In this document: positions 10,076-17,931 of the stretch, in pieces
Layout: each line of letters starts with the position of its first letter
Position numbering within the stretch: position 1 is the first letter of the stretch
Translations under genes and position numbers: made by a program
Source of the DNA: Phycisphaerales bacterium
Lineage (GTDB): Bacteria; Planctomycetota; Phycisphaerae; Phycisphaerales; UBA1924
DNA: 64,000 bases
NCBI GenBank assembly: GCA_965227775.1
Contig: OZ245777.1
Span: forward strand, 2,048,001-2,112,000
Direction of reading: 5' to 3'
The notes under the pieces: model-generated
Seen by the model: only the letters and a program-made list of their open reading frames with translations
The model's database searches: none
Told to the model about the DNA's origin: nothing

Positions 10076-11494
10076 TTATGGGCAGCCGGCGTCGAAGGCG
10101 CTCTGGAACGCCAGGAAGTCGAAGATGGTCAGCGAGCCGTCGCCGTCGAAGTCGGCCTGGCAGGCGTGGGTGAACTCCAGAATTGCGTCTCCGCCTGCCA
10201 CGCCGTCGCGATCGCCATCGATTTGCTCGCCAGTTACCGTGCTGCGGATCGCATCCGACAGCGTCGCGGTATAGGTATCGCCGTCGAGCGGCTCGCCCAG
10301 TCCGATGAGCATGAATTGGCTGCCCGAACCCGACGCGTCAAAGGCGACCGGTTCGCCGGCAATGTTGGTGATGGTCACGTTTGCGTCCGTGAACTCGACC
10401 GGTTCGTTGAAGATCACGCGCAGGCTAGCCACGGGGTCACCGGTCAGGATCGAGCCCCCGGGCACCGACGGGCTCGTCTCCACAACGACGGGGCCCGGCT
10501 CGCTCCCAGACTCGCGGATGAGCCAGATGCCGTTCTGGTCGGAAACGTACATCGACGCGCCGTCGGGGCTGATCGATAGTGCCTCGATCTCGATGAACCC
10601 GGTCGCCCACGCTCGATACGTTCCATCGGGGTCGAAGGCCTGAACCTGCCCGGTCACCGAGTCGACGACGTATGCCTGGTCACCGAACACGCCCGCGCCG
10701 GTCATGTCCACGTCGTTCAGATTGCGAATGCTGCACGGCTGGAGGTCGCCGATGAGCCGGTAGGTACCGCCGACCGTCACGCCGTTGAGCTCGTACATGC
10801 CGCTCAGATTGTCGTTGTTGCAGTCACGGTCTGCAAGGAGCAGGCCGCCGCCGTACGAGCCCGAGAGGTCGCGCGCCAGCCCTGCGACGTCGGTATCGGT
10901 GCGACCCGCCGGCAGGGACGAGTCCGAGCGAACGATTCTTGCATAGCTCGCGTCCATCGTGGCGAGCGTCGTCATGCCATCCGAGGCGTCGCCGTCGAGT
11001 AGCACCATGCCGAACGGATCGGTCGACCCACCGTCGAGGTACTCGAAGTCGTAATTCAGCCCGGGGCCGGTCGTCCAGCGCGTCTGCACCTGCGCATCGG
11101 GGTCCACAGAGAGCATCCTGGATACGCCGCGAGGGCCTGCGACGATGTCGAGGATGCACACGTGGATGTTGCCGTCGATGAGGCCGTCCGCGTCGAGGCG
11201 GATCCGACGCACCGAGTCGAACGGCGATTGGTCGCTGACGGCGATCGTGCGAATCACGCCGGTCGGTTCGATGAGCCGCACGGTCAGAAACCCCGAGGGC
11301 GACACGATCGCCGAGAGCACACCCTCACCAAAGCGCGGATCATCGATGGCCTCGAGCTTCGCTCGCACGCCGTCCAGCAGCGGTGCGACCCGCCGGACGG
11401 TGAACCCATCGGGCACCTCCGGCTGCGCCAATGCGGCGACGGGGGCAAGAGCGGTCGACAGAGTGGCTGCGACGAACATCTGGCGTGCGAGCAT
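10076..11494 (-). CDS. Secreted beta-propeller plus Ig-like domain with single-repeat GC-dockerin tail
   Basis: Signal peptide; VVETSPS...LRVIFNEPV Ig-like domain; tail CQADFDGDGSLTIFDFLAFQSAFDAGCP. Confidence 0.85.
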   Translation of the reverse strand: MLARQMFVAATLSTALAPVAALAQPEVPDGFTVRRVAPLLDGVRAKLEAIDDPRFGEGVLSAIVSPSGFLTVRLIEPTGVIRTIAVSDQSPFDSVRRIRLDADGLIDGNIHVCILDIVAGPRGVSRMLSVDPDAQVQTRWTTGPGLNYDFEYLDGGSTDPFGMVLLDGDASDGMTTLATMDASYARIVRSDSSLPAGRTDTDVAGLARDLSGSYGGGLLLADRDCNNDNLSGMYELNGVTVGGTYRLIGDLQPCSIRNLNDVDMTGAGVFGDQAYVVDSVTGQVQAFDPDGTYRAWATGFIEIEALSISPDGASMYVSDQNGIWLIRESGSEPGPVVVETSPSVPGGSILTGDPVASLRVIFNEPVEFTDANVTITNIAGEPVAFDASGSGSQFMLIGLGEPLDGDTYTATLSDAIRSTVTGEQIDGDRDGVAGGDAILEFTHACQADFDGDGSLTIFDFLAFQSAFDAGCP

Positions 11495-11514
11495 CTCGGG
11501 TCTCCTCTCGGCAC

Positions 11515-11543
11515 AGGATACAGGAAGCCGGTCGACAACGCAA
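11515..11543 (-). promoter_or_regulatory. Sigma70-type promoter TTGCGT-N17-TATCCT, followed by SD GAGAGGAG
   Basis: Read directly; a homologous arrangement occurs at 28741-28769. Confidence 0.65.
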
Positions 11544-11596
11544 GGTGAATGCGGGCGCGGGAGGCCGGCGGGGTGAGAGTGCGGGTGGGTTGCGTG

Positions 11597-13528
11597 CTAC
11601 GGGCAGCCGGCGTCGAAGGCGTTCTGGAACGCAAGGAAGTCGAAGATCGTGAACGAGCCATCGCCGTCGAAGTCGGCGCGGGGGTCCATCAAGTCGAACA
11701 GGTTCTGGAACGCGAGGAAGTCGAAGATGGTGAGCTCGCCGTCGCCGTCGAGATCGGCTCGGCACGTTTCGCCCCGGCCATAGACGATGTATGCGGCCCC
11801 GGTGAAGTCGAACGGCGTGACCGCAACTCCGGGTGCGCCGACAAGGACATCGCTGCGCCCGTCGCCGTTGACGTCGCCACCGCCCGCAACGCCCATGCGC
11901 AGGCGGTGCCCCGTACCGGGTGCGTCGAGATATGCCCCCTCACCAGCGATCGCCAGATCGTCGGGTTCCAGAACCGCATCGAATGTCCCGATCGCCGGCA
12001 CGTCTCGGCCCATCAGCAGGAACGCATCGCTGACGCCGGGCATGGCGACGAGCACGTCGTCGATACCATCGCCCGTCACATCTCCCGCAGCGCCGAGCGA
12101 TTGCCCGGCCATCGCGTTGGACGTCGGCCCAACCAGCACGAAGCCGTCGGTTCCGTCGAGATCGTCCAGCGCGACCGAAGCCGAGAAGGGCGAGCCTGCC
12201 GGGCGACCGAACACCATGTACGTCCGCCCGTGGTCGTTGCCCGGGAAGGAATAGGACCCGTAGCGCGTGTGCGAAGCGCCGGGCGCACCGAGCGCGATGT
12301 CGTCGATGCCGTCGCCGTTGATGTCGCCTGCGCAGGCGAGCGCACCGCCCAGGCGGGCATCGATGTTGTCGATGTTCAGGGCGAAGCCCGCCGTGCCGTC
12401 GAGCTCTGCCAGGAGGACCTCAGCGGGGAAGGGATCGCTCGAGTCGCGACCGAACAGCACGTACGCCCGGCCGCCGTACACCGTGTAGCAATAGCCATAG
12501 CCGCCGTAGCAGTACTGCTGGGAGTTGGCTCGCGGGGCGCCGATCAGCACGTCGTCGATGCCGTCGCCGTTGATGTCGCCGGCCCCGGCAACCGTGCGAC
12601 CCGCCTCGTTGAACCAGTCCTCGCCCGACGCCTTGAACCCCTGGCCGGGCGCGAGCGCATCGAGTGCGACGTCGGCGGGGAAGCCGCCCGCGCGACCAAA
12701 GAGGATGTAGACGGCCCCCCGGCCACCAATGGGCGGATCGCCCAGGTCGTTGGGAGCGCCGAGGGCGAGATCGTCCACGCCATCGCCGTTCACGTCGCCC
12801 ACGCCTGCGAGGCTGTTTCCGACGAGTGCACAGCTGGTGCCCGTGCCGATCGGCGTGCACACGTCGGCGATGCGGAAGCCGTCGGCGCCGTCGAGATCCT
12901 CAACGACCACGCGCGCGGGGAAGGGCGTGCTGCCGCCCGCGACGTTGCGGCCGAAGATGACCGCGGCGCGACCCTCGCCGAAGGACGAGTACTGGGCGGC
13001 GCCGCTGTCGCCGACGACCAGGTCGTCCACACCGTCGCCGTTCAGGTCGCCCGCTGCCGCGACGGCGTAGCCCATCGGCCGGTCGCGGTTCGATGAGCCG
13101 ATGCGAAATCCGTCGCCGCCGTCGAGGGCGGCCAGGTCGAGGCCGGCCGGCACGCCGCCCGCTCGGCCGAACACCACGTACGCCTCGCCGCCCACGCGCA
13201 TCCTGCGATAGCCCTCGCTGGCCATCGCCCCGATGACGACGTCGTCCAGCCCATCGCCGTTGATGTCGCCCACGATCGCGGCCGAGAATCCGAGCTTCTC
13301 GAACGATCGCAACCCGCGTGCGAACGCGCCCAGCGTGCCATCGCCCCCGCTGGCGGGCTGGAGCGATTCGAGATCGAGCCTCTCGGGGAACGCGTCGGCC
13401 AGGGGGTCACCCTGGGCAAGGGCGCTCCCGGCGACGGCCAGCAGCGCGAGGGTGGCGGTGACGGGAGTGATGGCGGTGATAGGGGTGGTGGGGGTGGTGG
13501 GGGTGGAGCGAACGGGCGCGTGGGGCAT
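11597..13528 (-). CDS. Secreted integrin-alpha-like FG-GAP beta-propeller with GC-type dockerin tail
   Basis: Seven GD(I/V/L)xGDGxxD repeats; start reassigned to ATG 13528 (SD AAGGAG); tail ...FQNAFDAGCP. Confidence 0.9.
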   Translation of the reverse strand: MPHAPVRSTPTTPTTPITAITPVTATLALLAVAGSALAQGDPLADAFPERLDLESLQPASGGDGTLGAFARGLRSFEKLGFSAAIVGDINGDGLDDVVIGAMASEGYRRMRVGGEAYVVFGRAGGVPAGLDLAALDGGDGFRIGSSNRDRPMGYAVAAAGDLNGDGVDDLVVGDSGAAQYSSFGEGRAAVIFGRNVAGGSTPFPARVVVEDLDGADGFRIADVCTPIGTGTSCALVGNSLAGVGDVNGDGVDDLALGAPNDLGDPPIGGRGAVYILFGRAGGFPADVALDALAPGQGFKASGEDWFNEAGRTVAGAGDINGDGIDDVLIGAPRANSQQYCYGGYGYCYTVYGGRAYVLFGRDSSDPFPAEVLLAELDGTAGFALNIDNIDARLGGALACAGDINGDGIDDIALGAPGASHTRYGSYSFPGNDHGRTYMVFGRPAGSPFSASVALDDLDGTDGFVLVGPTSNAMAGQSLGAAGDVTGDGIDDVLVAMPGVSDAFLLMGRDVPAIGTFDAVLEPDDLAIAGEGAYLDAPGTGHRLRMGVAGGGDVNGDGRSDVLVGAPGVAVTPFDFTGAAYIVYGRGETCRADLDGDGELTIFDFLAFQNLFDLMDPRADFDGDGSFTIFDFLAFQNAFDAGCP

Positions 13529-13548
13529 GGCGGGCTCCTTCGGAGCCC

Positions 13549-13577
13549 AGCATACCACAAATCCTCTGTTGATCCAA
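13549..13577 (-). promoter_or_regulatory. Sigma70-type promoter TTGGAT-N17-TATGCT with extended TG
   Basis: Read directly upstream of ATG 13528. Confidence 0.6.
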
Positions 13578-13592
13578 GGCGATTCGGGGCCG

Positions 13593-13661
13593 CTACGGGC
13601 AGCCGGCGTCGAAGGCGTTCTGGAAAGCAAGAAAGTCGAAGATGGTGAATTTGCCGTCGCC
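13593..13661 (-). pseudogene. Orphan GC-dockerin tail remnant (GDGKFTIFDFLAFQNAFDAGCP*)
   Basis: Manual translation; in-frame TGA about 22 codons upstream; no gene body; 44 nt identical to 7688-7731. Confidence 0.85.
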
Positions 13662-13680
13662 GAGCGTACGAGCACACACC

Positions 13681-13717
13681 AAGAGAAAACGGCGCGCCCG
13701 GAGTCGGTCGCGCCGTT
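13681..13717 (-). terminator. Intrinsic terminator after the PEP-CTERM-like gene
   Basis: AACGGCGCG...CGCGCCGTT stem followed by TTCTCTT on the minus strand. Confidence 0.7.
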
Positions 13718-13747
13718 GCCTTTCTCACCACTACCAGATGCTGGCCG

Positions 13748-14407
13748 CTACGAGCGGCGGCGCGTGCCGACGCCGACCAGCGTGATACCAGCCAGGGCGA
13801 GCATGCCGCTGCCCGGCAGCGGGATGACCACCGAGTCGGTCGGGTCGAAGTGGACCGTGTCGATCAGCACGCTGCCGCCGGGGCCGTTGATCTCCACGCG
13901 GGCGATGCCCGAGACCGAGAAGGCGAAGAGCTGCCACGCCGTGCCAGCGCCGGAGCTGAGCGTGTCTCCGAGGTTGATCGTCTCCAGCAGCCCGCCGCCC
14001 GAGCCGAAGGCCGACATCGTCACGCCGTCGTCGGTTGTCAGCGCGAGCACGCTGAACGCGTCCCAGTTCGCGCCGACCGCCGACATCTCGATGCCCGTAA
14101 ACGTGTCGGCCGTACCGATGCGGTAGGCGTTCACGAGGCTGATGGCCCCATCGGCGCCGCCGGTTCCTGGCAGGATCACGTCGTGGTTCCAGCCCGAGGT
14201 GGTGCCGCCGAAGTCGATGCCGCTGGCAACGAACTGATTGTCGAGGCGCGTGGTGTCGGTGCCGTCCCAGGTCGTACCGCCGTAGATGCCGCTCTGGTCG
14301 AGCGACTCGAAGGTCAGCGTGACCGGGCCGGCCAGCGCGCCGGAGGCCACGACGACGGTCGCGAGCGTGGCAGAGGTGTTCTTGATGATCTTGGGTGTCT
14401 TGGTCAT
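13748..14407 (-). CDS. Secreted protein with PEP-CTERM/VPLPA-CTERM-like exosortase sorting signal
   Basis: Signal peptide; C-terminus VIPLPGSGMLALAGITLVGVGTRRRS (motif, TM segment, basic tail). Confidence 0.85.
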   Translation of the reverse strand: MTKTPKIIKNTSATLATVVVASGALAGPVTLTFESLDQSGIYGGTTWDGTDTTRLDNQFVASGIDFGGTTSGWNHDVILPGTGGADGAISLVNAYRIGTADTFTGIEMSAVGANWDAFSVLALTTDDGVTMSAFGSGGGLLETINLGDTLSSGAGTAWQLFAFSVSGIARVEINGPGGSVLIDTVHFDPTDSVVIPLPGSGMLALAGITLVGVGTRRRS

Positions 14408-14434
14408 GGTGTCATCTCCCGTGCCTGCGCACGC

Positions 14435-16294
14435 TTAGGGGCAGCCCGCCGAGAAATCGGTGCTGTATGCGAGGAAGTCGAAGAGGTTCCAGATCCCGTT
14501 GCCGTCCCAGTCGGCGATGGGGTCGCGATCGTTGAACAGGTTGAAGAACATCTGGAAATCGAAGATCGTCACATCCCCGTCCTCATCCAGGTCGACGTCG
14601 CAGGGTGCCGAGCCACCGCGGCCGAACACCACGTAGCTCGAACCGGCACTCAAGCGACCACGGGGGTCTGCGAGGGTAGCTCCGATGACGACATCGTCGA
14701 TGCCGTCGCCGTTCACGTCGCCCGTGCCGGCTACGGAAAAGCCGCTGCGATCTCCTATCGTCACCCCGTCGAGGCGGAAGCCGTTGGTCCCGTCCAGGTC
14801 GTGCGACGGCAGCGCCGCGGGGAAGCCGCCCGACGACGGGGCGCGGCCAAATACCACGTAGCTCGAGCCCGTATCCCTTTGGCCGCCTGGGTCTGCTAGA
14901 TACGCCCCGATGATGAGGTCATTGACGCCGTCGCCGTTGACATCGCCGGCAGAGGCGACCGCATGGCCGCTATTGCTGCTCGAAGCATTGGGGCCGTCGA
15001 AGCGGAAGCCGTTGGCGCCGTCCAGGTCGACCAGTTGCAGTGCCGCAGGGAAGCCGCCCGACGAGCCTTCGCGACCGAACACCACGTAGCTCGAGCCCGC
15101 ATTTGACTGGCCGCGGGGGTCTGCATTGGGGGCCCCGATGATGACGTCGTCCACGCCGTCGCCGTTCACGTCGCCGGCCGAGGCGACAGATCTGCCGCTC
15201 ATGTCGGACGCGGCATCGCCGTCGAGGCGGAAGCCGTTGGTGCCGTCCAGGACGGCCAGGTCGAGCACCGCCGGCAAGCCGCCCGACGAGCCGTCGCGAC
15301 CGAACACCACGTAGCTCGAACCGGCACTCGAGCGACCGCCGGGGCCTGCGACGGGGGCCCCGATGATGAGGTCGTCCACGCCGTCGCCGTTCACGTCGCC
15401 GGCCGAGGCGACAGATTCGCCGCTGTAGGTGGACGGCTCGGCGCCATCGAGGCGGAAGCCGTTGGTGCCGTCCAGGCCGGCGAGGTCGAGCACCGCGGGG
15501 AAGCCGCTCGACGAGCCGTCGCGGCCGAACACCACGTAGCTCGCACCGGCACCCGTGCGACCGCCGGGGTCTGCGCGGGGCGCCCCGATGATGACGTCGT
15601 CCACGCCGTCGCCGTTCACGTCGCCGGCCGAGGCGACAGAGTCGCCGGTGCGGTCATCACTCGCCGCCCCGTCGAGGCGGAATCCGTTGGTGCCGTCCAG
15701 CGCGGCGAGGTCGAGTGCCGCCGGGAAGCCGCCGGACGACATGTCGCGGCCGAACACCACGAAGCTCGAACCGGCACGAGGCCGCCCACTGGGGCTCCCG
15801 CGGTACGCGCCGATGATGACGTCGTCCACGCCGTCGCCATTGACATCGCCCGCACCGGCCACGGACAAGCCGCTACGTTCGCTGAATGTTGACCCGTCGA
15901 GGCGGAAGCCGTTCGAGCCGTCCAGGCCGGCGAGGTCGAGTGCCGCCGGGAAGCCGCCGGACGACACGTCGCGGCCGAACACGACATAGCTCACGCCCGA
16001 GTCGCGTCGACCGGGGGCGTCCGCGAAGGGAGCCCCAATGACGACGTCGTCGATGCCGTCGCCGTTCACGTCGCCCACGACGGCCACGGAGGTACCGAAC
16101 GAGTCAGCTACTGCCTGCCCGTCGAGTCGGAAGCCGGTGGTCCCGTCCAGGCTCGACAGCTCGAACACGGCGGGGAAGGGGTCGGTCAACTGGGCCAGGG
16201 CGACGCTCGGGCACGCCAGGCCAGCGAGCATCGCCAGGCCGACGGCACGCCGCGGGAGCGGCGCGGCCCAAAGGATCGGTGCGGGGTCAATCAT
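14435..16294 (-). CDS. Secreted seven-bladed FG-GAP (integrin-alpha-like) protein with divergent GC-dockerin tail
   Basis: Seven ~75-aa repeats LDGTNGFRLDG...AGDVNGDGVDDVIIGA...SYVVFGR; tail CDVDLDEDGDVTIFDF...FDFLAYSTDFSAGCP. Confidence 0.9.
   Translation of the reverse strand: MIDPAPILWAAPLPRRAVGLAMLAGLACPSVALAQLTDPFPAVFELSSLDGTTGFRLDGQAVADSFGTSVAVVGDVNGDGIDDVVIGAPFADAPGRRDSGVSYVVFGRDVSSGGFPAALDLAGLDGSNGFRLDGSTFSERSGLSVAGAGDVNGDGVDDVIIGAYRGSPSGRPRAGSSFVVFGRDMSSGGFPAALDLAALDGTNGFRLDGAASDDRTGDSVASAGDVNGDGVDDVIIGAPRADPGGRTGAGASYVVFGRDGSSSGFPAVLDLAGLDGTNGFRLDGAEPSTYSGESVASAGDVNGDGVDDLIIGAPVAGPGGRSSAGSSYVVFGRDGSSGGLPAVLDLAVLDGTNGFRLDGDAASDMSGRSVASAGDVNGDGVDDVIIGAPNADPRGQSNAGSSYVVFGREGSSGGFPAALQLVDLDGANGFRFDGPNASSSNSGHAVASAGDVNGDGVNDLIIGAYLADPGGQRDTGSSYVVFGRAPSSGGFPAALPSHDLDGTNGFRLDGVTIGDRSGFSVAGTGDVNGDGIDDVVIGATLADPRGRLSAGSSYVVFGRGGSAPCDVDLDEDGDVTIFDFQMFFNLFNDRDPIADWDGNGIWNLFDFLAYSTDFSAGCP
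14620..16160 (-). repeat. Intragenic tandem repeat, ~225-bp unit, 7 copies
   Basis: CCACGCCGTCGCC recurs at 15151, 15376, 15601 and 15826; variants near 14698, 14923 and 16051. Confidence 0.9.
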
Positions 16295-16513
16295 GATCTC
16301 TCTCCACGAGGGCGGGCCGGCATGGGCCGCAGCGGGAGGCTACCGCGACACCCCTGGGATATCCATGACCCCTTGTCCAGAATCGCCGCGAGCGCGTGAA
16401 GCTGGGCGAACTGCTGGGGTGCGCTTGCTGAGGTGGGCTTGCTGCGGTGCGACTCTTGGGGCACGGGCGCGCTAGCAGGGCGATCGCGCACCGCCATCGC
16501 GATCATCGGACCG

Positions 16514-16765
16514 ACCCCGATGCCCCCGCGGGCAACGAACATGCTCCCGCGAGCGACGCCGGCGTGCTTCGTGTGCGATCCCGTGCGCGCAAGGCCCCTG
16601 CTCGTGCGCAGGGCGGGTGTTCTCGTATACACAGCAAGGCCCGCGGTGTACGCCGCGGCGGGCTTCGCGTGCACCGGAACCGTTCTCGTGTGCACGAGGA
16701 AGATTCTCGTTCTCCGTTACGCGGACCTTGCGGCCGTTCTCGGACGCATTGTGCGCACGTCCTGC
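16514..16765. repeat. Degenerate 21-bp tandem array, ~12 units
   Basis: Example units: ctgctcgtgcgcagggcgggt / gttctcgtatacacagcaagg / ggcttcgcgtgcaccggaacc / gttctcgtgtgcacgaggaag / attctcgttctccgttacgcg, at 16598, 16619, 16661, 16682, 16703. Confidence 0.65.
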
Positions 16766-16996
16766 GCACGTCGGTGAGCATTCCTTCGAAATGTCATGCG
16801 TTGCGCCGGCGCGGCCGAGCCGCGCGCGAACAACGGCCGGGGACACTCTCCCGATTCTTGCAAATCGGACCAAAGTCGCGTTCCCGGACGCTCGATGACA
16901 TGGTCGGTCGGGCGGCGCACGGTGCGCCGCCCGCGACACGGATGGGCCGGCGCGCACGACGCGCACCGGCGGACGAACCGACACAAGGATGGAATC

Positions 16997-17671
16997 ATGT
17001 CGATCACACCGCAGAAGCTGTTGCAACGCCTCGAGTTCTACGAGCAGCGCGCCCCCGGCTGGGTCACCAACGCGTCAACGATCGGCCTGACGACCGAGCA
17101 GGCCACGCAGCTGCAGAACCTGGTCACCGGCACACGCACCGCGTACGACGACGCGCAGGCGGCACGCAACGCCGCCAAGAGCGCGACCGTCACCCAGGAC
17201 GCCGCCTTCGACGCCATGGACACGTTCGGCGCCCAGATGATCAAGATCATCCGCGCCTTCGGCCTGGCGACCGATGACCCGAGCGTGTTCGCGACGGCGC
17301 AGATCCCCGAGCCCAAGCAGCCCGAGCCGCGGGCGCCCGTCAACCCCAGCAACGTGACGTTCGACCTGGTCGAGAACGGGGCCCTCGAAGTTCGCTGGGA
17401 CGGCCTGACCATCCCCGGCACGACCTACCTCGTCGATCGCCAGACGTGGAGCGGCACCGGCCAGCCGACGGGCTTCGCCCGCATCGCCACCGTGAGCGAG
17501 CGGCGCTTCGTCGACACCAACATCCCGACCGGCACCGCGACGGCGACGTACCGCGTGAGCGCGCTCAAGGGCGGCCAGCAGACCGCCGGCGCGCAGAGCA
17601 CGGCCCACTTCGTGTTCGTGGGCAACGGGCAGGGCCAGCTCGTGACCGCGCCCGAGAGCGACGCGGCGTGA
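16997..17671 (+). CDS. Hypothetical protein: N-terminal helical domain plus C-terminal FN3-like domain, no signal peptide
   Basis: ATG 16997 after AAGGA; strongly GC3-biased codons; PVNPSNVTF...LEVRW...YLVDR...FVDTNIP...YRVSA fits an FN3 pattern. Confidence 0.8.
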   Translation: MSITPQKLLQRLEFYEQRAPGWVTNASTIGLTTEQATQLQNLVTGTRTAYDDAQAARNAAKSATVTQDAAFDAMDTFGAQMIKIIRAFGLATDDPSVFATAQIPEPKQPEPRAPVNPSNVTFDLVENGALEVRWDGLTIPGTTYLVDRQTWSGTGQPTGFARIATVSERRFVDTNIPTGTATATYRVSALKGGQQTAGAQSTAHFVFVGNGQGQLVTAPESDAA

Positions 17672-17723
17672 GCTGAATCTGGAGTTGGGAGTGACTCGAG
17701 TCGGCCGTTCGCCGACGGTCGAC

Positions 17724-17770
17724 GCCCCGGCGGAGCGCCCCTGAGGACAGGGTCGCTGCGCCGGGGCTTG
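17724..17770 (+). terminator. Long GC hairpin, probable terminator
   Basis: GCCCCGGCG...CCCTG-AGGA-CAGGG...CGCCGGGGC-TT between convergent genes. Confidence 0.5.
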
Positions 17771-17931
17771 CTCTATAGAGATGTTCTTTGGCGCTCGCGG
17801 ACTCGCTTGCGGGCTTCGCCCGGGCCCTTGCGGGCCGCGCCTCCGCATGCGCTCTTCGCTCGGAGACTCGCTCGGCGGATGCTGCGGCGTTGGGACGCGG
17901 GGCGTCTACGGGCGCGGCTTCTGGGCCCGCC

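Noticed and set aside
13529..13675. N-terminal extension of ORF 11597..13675
   Set aside because: An out-of-frame read of the orphan tail; the promoter, SD and signal peptide support ATG 13528
17780..17930. GCTCGCGGACTCGC / GCTCGGAGACTCGC short repeats after glyA as REP elements
   Set aside because: Only two short degenerate copies; insufficient support within the window
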